A stretch of 1,053 bases of DNA, taken from the NCBI RefSeq assembly GCF_003334385.1, contig NZ_QOWN01000131.1. One strand, written 5' to 3'. Position numbers and translations under genes: made by a program. The notes under the pieces were generated by a model. It ran no database searches. It was not told the origin of the DNA and saw only the letters and a program-made list of their open reading frames with translations. This document shows positions 1-1,053 of this stretch, one piece after another (within the stretch, counting starts at the first letter, position 1; every line of letters begins with the position of its first letter). Source of the DNA: Escherichia coli. GTDB lineage: Bacteria > Pseudomonadota > Gammaproteobacteria > Enterobacterales > Enterobacteriaceae.

Positions 1-102
1 AAATCGCGTCAGTACAGTAAACGCGCTGGTGGCGGTGAATACCTGTCTTTCAGCTTGCTGGCTTTTTCGACAAGAGTTATTGGTGTGTCACGTTAACCGG
101 AA

Positions 103-108
103 AAGGGA
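103..108 (+). promoter_or_regulatory. Shine-Dalgarno-like ribosome binding site (AAGGGA) for the small ORF
   Basis: Purine-rich AAGGGA at 103-108, 7 nt upstream of ATG 116. Seen directly in the sequence. Confidence 0.5.
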
Positions 109-115
109 AAAAGAC

Positions 116-313
116 ATGCTGAAACAGCAGGATATGACCGAAACCGCCAGAGTGGTGTTTAATGAATTAAGTGCCACCGAACCGGCGACAGTCGGGGAGA
201 TTGCGCAGAATACTTACCTTTCACGTGAACGCTGCCAGTTAATACTGACCCAGCTTGTTATGGCGGGGCTGGCAGACTATCAGTTCGGTTGTTACAGACG
301 CCTTCAGTCCTGA
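116..313 (+). CDS. Small hypothetical protein, 65 aa, putative winged-helix DNA-binding protein
   Basis: ATG 116 with SD-like AAGGGA 7 nt upstream; stop TGA 311-313. Translation: MLKQQDMTETARVVFNELSATEPATVGEIAQNTYLSRERCQLILTQLVMAGLADYQFGCYRRLQS. The pattern (T-x-x-EIA ... hydrophobic helix LILTQLVMAGL ... aromatic/basic tail) resembles small wHTH regulators such as MarR-like or PapI/FaeA-like proteins; this is pattern-based inference, not a database hit. Frame 2 is open from the window start, so the ORF track's GTG 29 or a start outside the window cannot be excluded; ATG 134 is another in-frame alternative. Confidence 0.55.
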   Translation: MLKQQDMTETARVVFNELSATEPATVGEIAQNTYLSRERCQLILTQLVMAGLADYQFGCYRRLQS

Positions 314-327
314 AGGCTTTTTTATTT
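300..327 (+). terminator. Rho-independent (intrinsic) transcription terminator
   Basis: Perfect 7-bp stem GCCTTCA (300-306) pairing with TGAAGGC (311-317), 4-nt loop GTCC (307-310), followed by the T-tract TTTTTTATTT (318-327). The stop codon TGA (311-313) of the upstream ORF lies inside the stem. On the minus strand the hairpin is not followed by a U-tract, so it is unidirectional. Confidence 0.7.
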
Positions 328-340
328 GTGGTAAATGGGC

Positions 341-371
341 GGCTGGTGGGTGTTAGGGGCACTCACCAGCC
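341..371. repeat. GC-rich imperfect inverted repeat / stem-loop (12-bp stem, 7-nt loop), function unknown
   Basis: GGCTGGTGGGTG (341-352) pairs with CACTCACCAGCC (360-371): 11 Watson-Crick pairs plus one G-T (G-U in RNA) at 349/363; loop TTAGGGG (353-359). No downstream U-tract (followed by ATCTGCTCATGCG). Confidence 0.5.
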
Positions 372-412
372 ATCTGCTCATGCGTCCGGATCACAAGCAA
401 ACCTCAGGCCCA

Positions 413-431
413 CTGCTTTGCGCAAAAGCAG
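413..431. promoter_or_regulatory. Imperfect palindrome, candidate operator or protein-binding site upstream of the methyltransferase gene
   Basis: CTGCTTT-GCGC-AAAAGCAG: half-sites CTGCTTT (413-419) and AAAAGCAG (424-431) are reverse complements apart from one extra A, centred on GCGC. Located 33-51 nt upstream of ATG 464. A weak sigma70-like pair (TTGCGC 418-423, 16-nt spacer, TATCAG 440-445) overlaps it, but the -10 is poor. Confidence 0.3.
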
Positions 432-463
432 AATGAGCCTATCAGAGACAGGCTTAATGATCC

Positions 464-1053
464 ATGCTTAGTACTGTAAAAATATCCAGTTGTGAGTTAA
501 TCAACGCCGACTGCCTGGAATTTATCCGGTCGTTACCCGAAAATTCTGTTGACCTGATAGTCACGGACCCGCCGTACTTTAAAGTGAAGCCTGAGGGCTG
601 GGATAACCAGTGGAAGGGCGACGATGATTACCTGAAGTGGCTGGACCAGTGTCTTGCGCAGTTCTGGCGGGTGCTGAAACCTGCCGGAAGTCTTTACCTG
701 TTCTGTGGCCATCGCCTGGCGTCTGACATTGAAATCATGATGCGTGAACGCTTCAATGTGCTGAACCATATTATCTGGGCGAAGCCGTCCGGACGCTGGA
801 ACGGGTGCAACAAGGAAAGCCTGAGGGCATATTTCCCCGCCACAGAGCGCATTCTGTTCGCGGAACATTATCAGGGGCCGTATCGCCCGAAAGATGCCGG
901 GTATGAGGCGAAGGGCAGGGCACTGAAACAGCATGTGATGGCCCCGCTGATTTCTTACTTTCGTGATGCGCGTGCTGCCCTGGGGATAACGGCAAAACAG
1001 ATTGCTGATGCCACAGGAAAGAAAAACATGGTGTCGCACTGGTTCAGTGCCAG
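464..1053 (+). CDS. DNA methyltransferase, beta-class amino-MTase (N6-adenine or N4-cytosine; DPPY favours N6-adenine), 5' partial - C-terminus beyond window end
   Basis: Frame 2 is open from ATG 464 to the window end (196 codons, no stop). The only canonical in-frame start after the TAA/TGA stops at 455-460 is ATG 464. Translation begins MLSTVKISSCELINADCLEFIRSLPENSVDLIVTDPPYF... Motifs: DLIVTDPPYF (residues 31-40, catalytic motif IV), RVLKPAGSLYLF (residues 69-80) and HIIWAKP (residues 102-108), in the order typical of the N6_N4 MTase family with motif IV N-terminal. The AdoMet-binding motif I (FxGxG type) is expected downstream, outside the window. SD is weak (ACAGG 448-452, 11 nt upstream). 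Confidence 0.9.
   Translation, partial: MLSTVKISSCELINADCLEFIRSLPENSVDLIVTDPPYFKVKPEGWDNQWKGDDDYLKWLDQCLAQFWRVLKPAGSLYLFCGHRLASDIEIMMRERFNVLNHIIWAKPSGRWNGCNKESLRAYFPATERILFAEHYQGPYRPKDAGYEAKGRALKQHVMAPLISYFRDARAALGITAKQIADATGKKNMVSHWFSA
472..491. promoter_or_regulatory. LexA (SOS) box-like palindrome inside the 5' end of the methyltransferase ORF
   Basis: TACTGTAAAAATATCCAGTT: CTG (474-476) - 10 nt AT-rich spacer - CAG (487-489), with 5' TA flank. Matches the E. coli LexA consensus TACTGTATATATATACAGTA at 16 of 20 positions, with all six core CTG/CAG bases intact. Lies at +9 to +28 relative to the A of ATG 464, which is atypical for a LexA operator. Confidence 0.4.

Noticed and set aside
1-96. 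Possible 3' end of an upstream plus-strand gene in frame 1 (open from base 1 to TAA 94-96)
   Set aside because: Only 31 codons with no recognisable motif, and frame 2 is equally open over the same region, so coding cannot be established from this window. Upstream sequence is needed.
29-115. GTG 29 start giving a 94-aa version of the small ORF
   Set aside because: No SD precedes GTG 29, and the extension (MAVNTCLSACWLFRQELLVCHVNRKREKD) is Cys/Trp-rich and unlike the rest of the protein, whereas ATG 116 has a well-spaced AAGGGA. Not fully excluded, because frame 2 is open to the window edge.
289-471. 60-aa plus-strand ORF spanning the intergenic region
   Set aside because: It starts inside the upstream gene, reads through the terminator hairpin and the 341-371 stem-loop, and has no SD. 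Most likely non-coding; only its last 12 codons are kept as a possible leader peptide.
11-480. 11-mer near-repeat AGTACAGTAAA (11-21) and AGTACTGTAAA (470-480)
   Set aside because: A 10 of 11 match between two sites in a 1-kb window is expected several times by chance. The second copy is better explained as the left half of the LexA-like box.
771-995. 74-aa minus-strand ORF from the six-frame track
   Set aside because: Also antisense to the methyltransferase; the product is rich in Ser/Pro/His/Arg with low-complexity character. Shadow ORF.
533-1039. 168-aa minus-strand ORF from the six-frame track
   Set aside because: It lies entirely antisense to the plus-strand methyltransferase, which carries unmistakable conserved MTase motifs. 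The minus-strand translation has no recognisable motifs, so it is a shadow ORF.
1-1053. CRISPR arrays, tRNA or rRNA genes, IS elements or terminal inverted repeats, complete restriction-modification system
   Set aside because: No direct-repeat/spacer periodicity, no tRNA-like cloverleaf, no transposase-like ORF, and no endonuclease-like ORF were found in the window. The R-M question stays open because the region downstream of the MTase is outside the window.

Overview
This window holds two same-strand (+) genes separated by a structured ~150 bp intergenic region. (1) A small ORF (best start ATG 116, stop TGA 311-313, 65 aa) with a Shine-Dalgarno-like AAGGGA upstream; its sequence pattern suggests a small winged-helix DNA-binding protein. 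(2) A canonical rho-independent terminator (7-bp GC-rich stem 300-306/311-317, loop GTCC, then TTTTTTATTT) overlapping that ORF's stop codon. (3) A second GC-rich 12-bp stem-loop (341-371) with no U-tract, and an imperfect palindrome (413-431). (4) The 5' part (196 codons, running off the window end) of a beta-class DNA amino-methyltransferase, identified by the motifs DLIVTDPPYF, RVLKPAGSLYLF and HIIWAKP in the order typical of the N6/N4 MTase family. The supplied ORF track omits this gene because it has no stop in the window; the two minus-strand ORFs are its antisense shadows. The most notable observation is a 20-bp sequence at 472-491 (TACTGTAAAAATATCCAGTT) that matches the E. coli LexA/SOS box consensus at 16 of 20 positions with intact CTG-N10-CAG core, sitting in codons 3-9 of the methyltransferase. 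No restriction endonuclease, tRNA, CRISPR array or IS element is visible. The content (apparently orphan MTase, small DNA-binding protein, enterobacterial-like codon usage) is consistent with a prophage or plasmid accessory region, but that is inference; nothing here can be called a novel system from the sequence alone.
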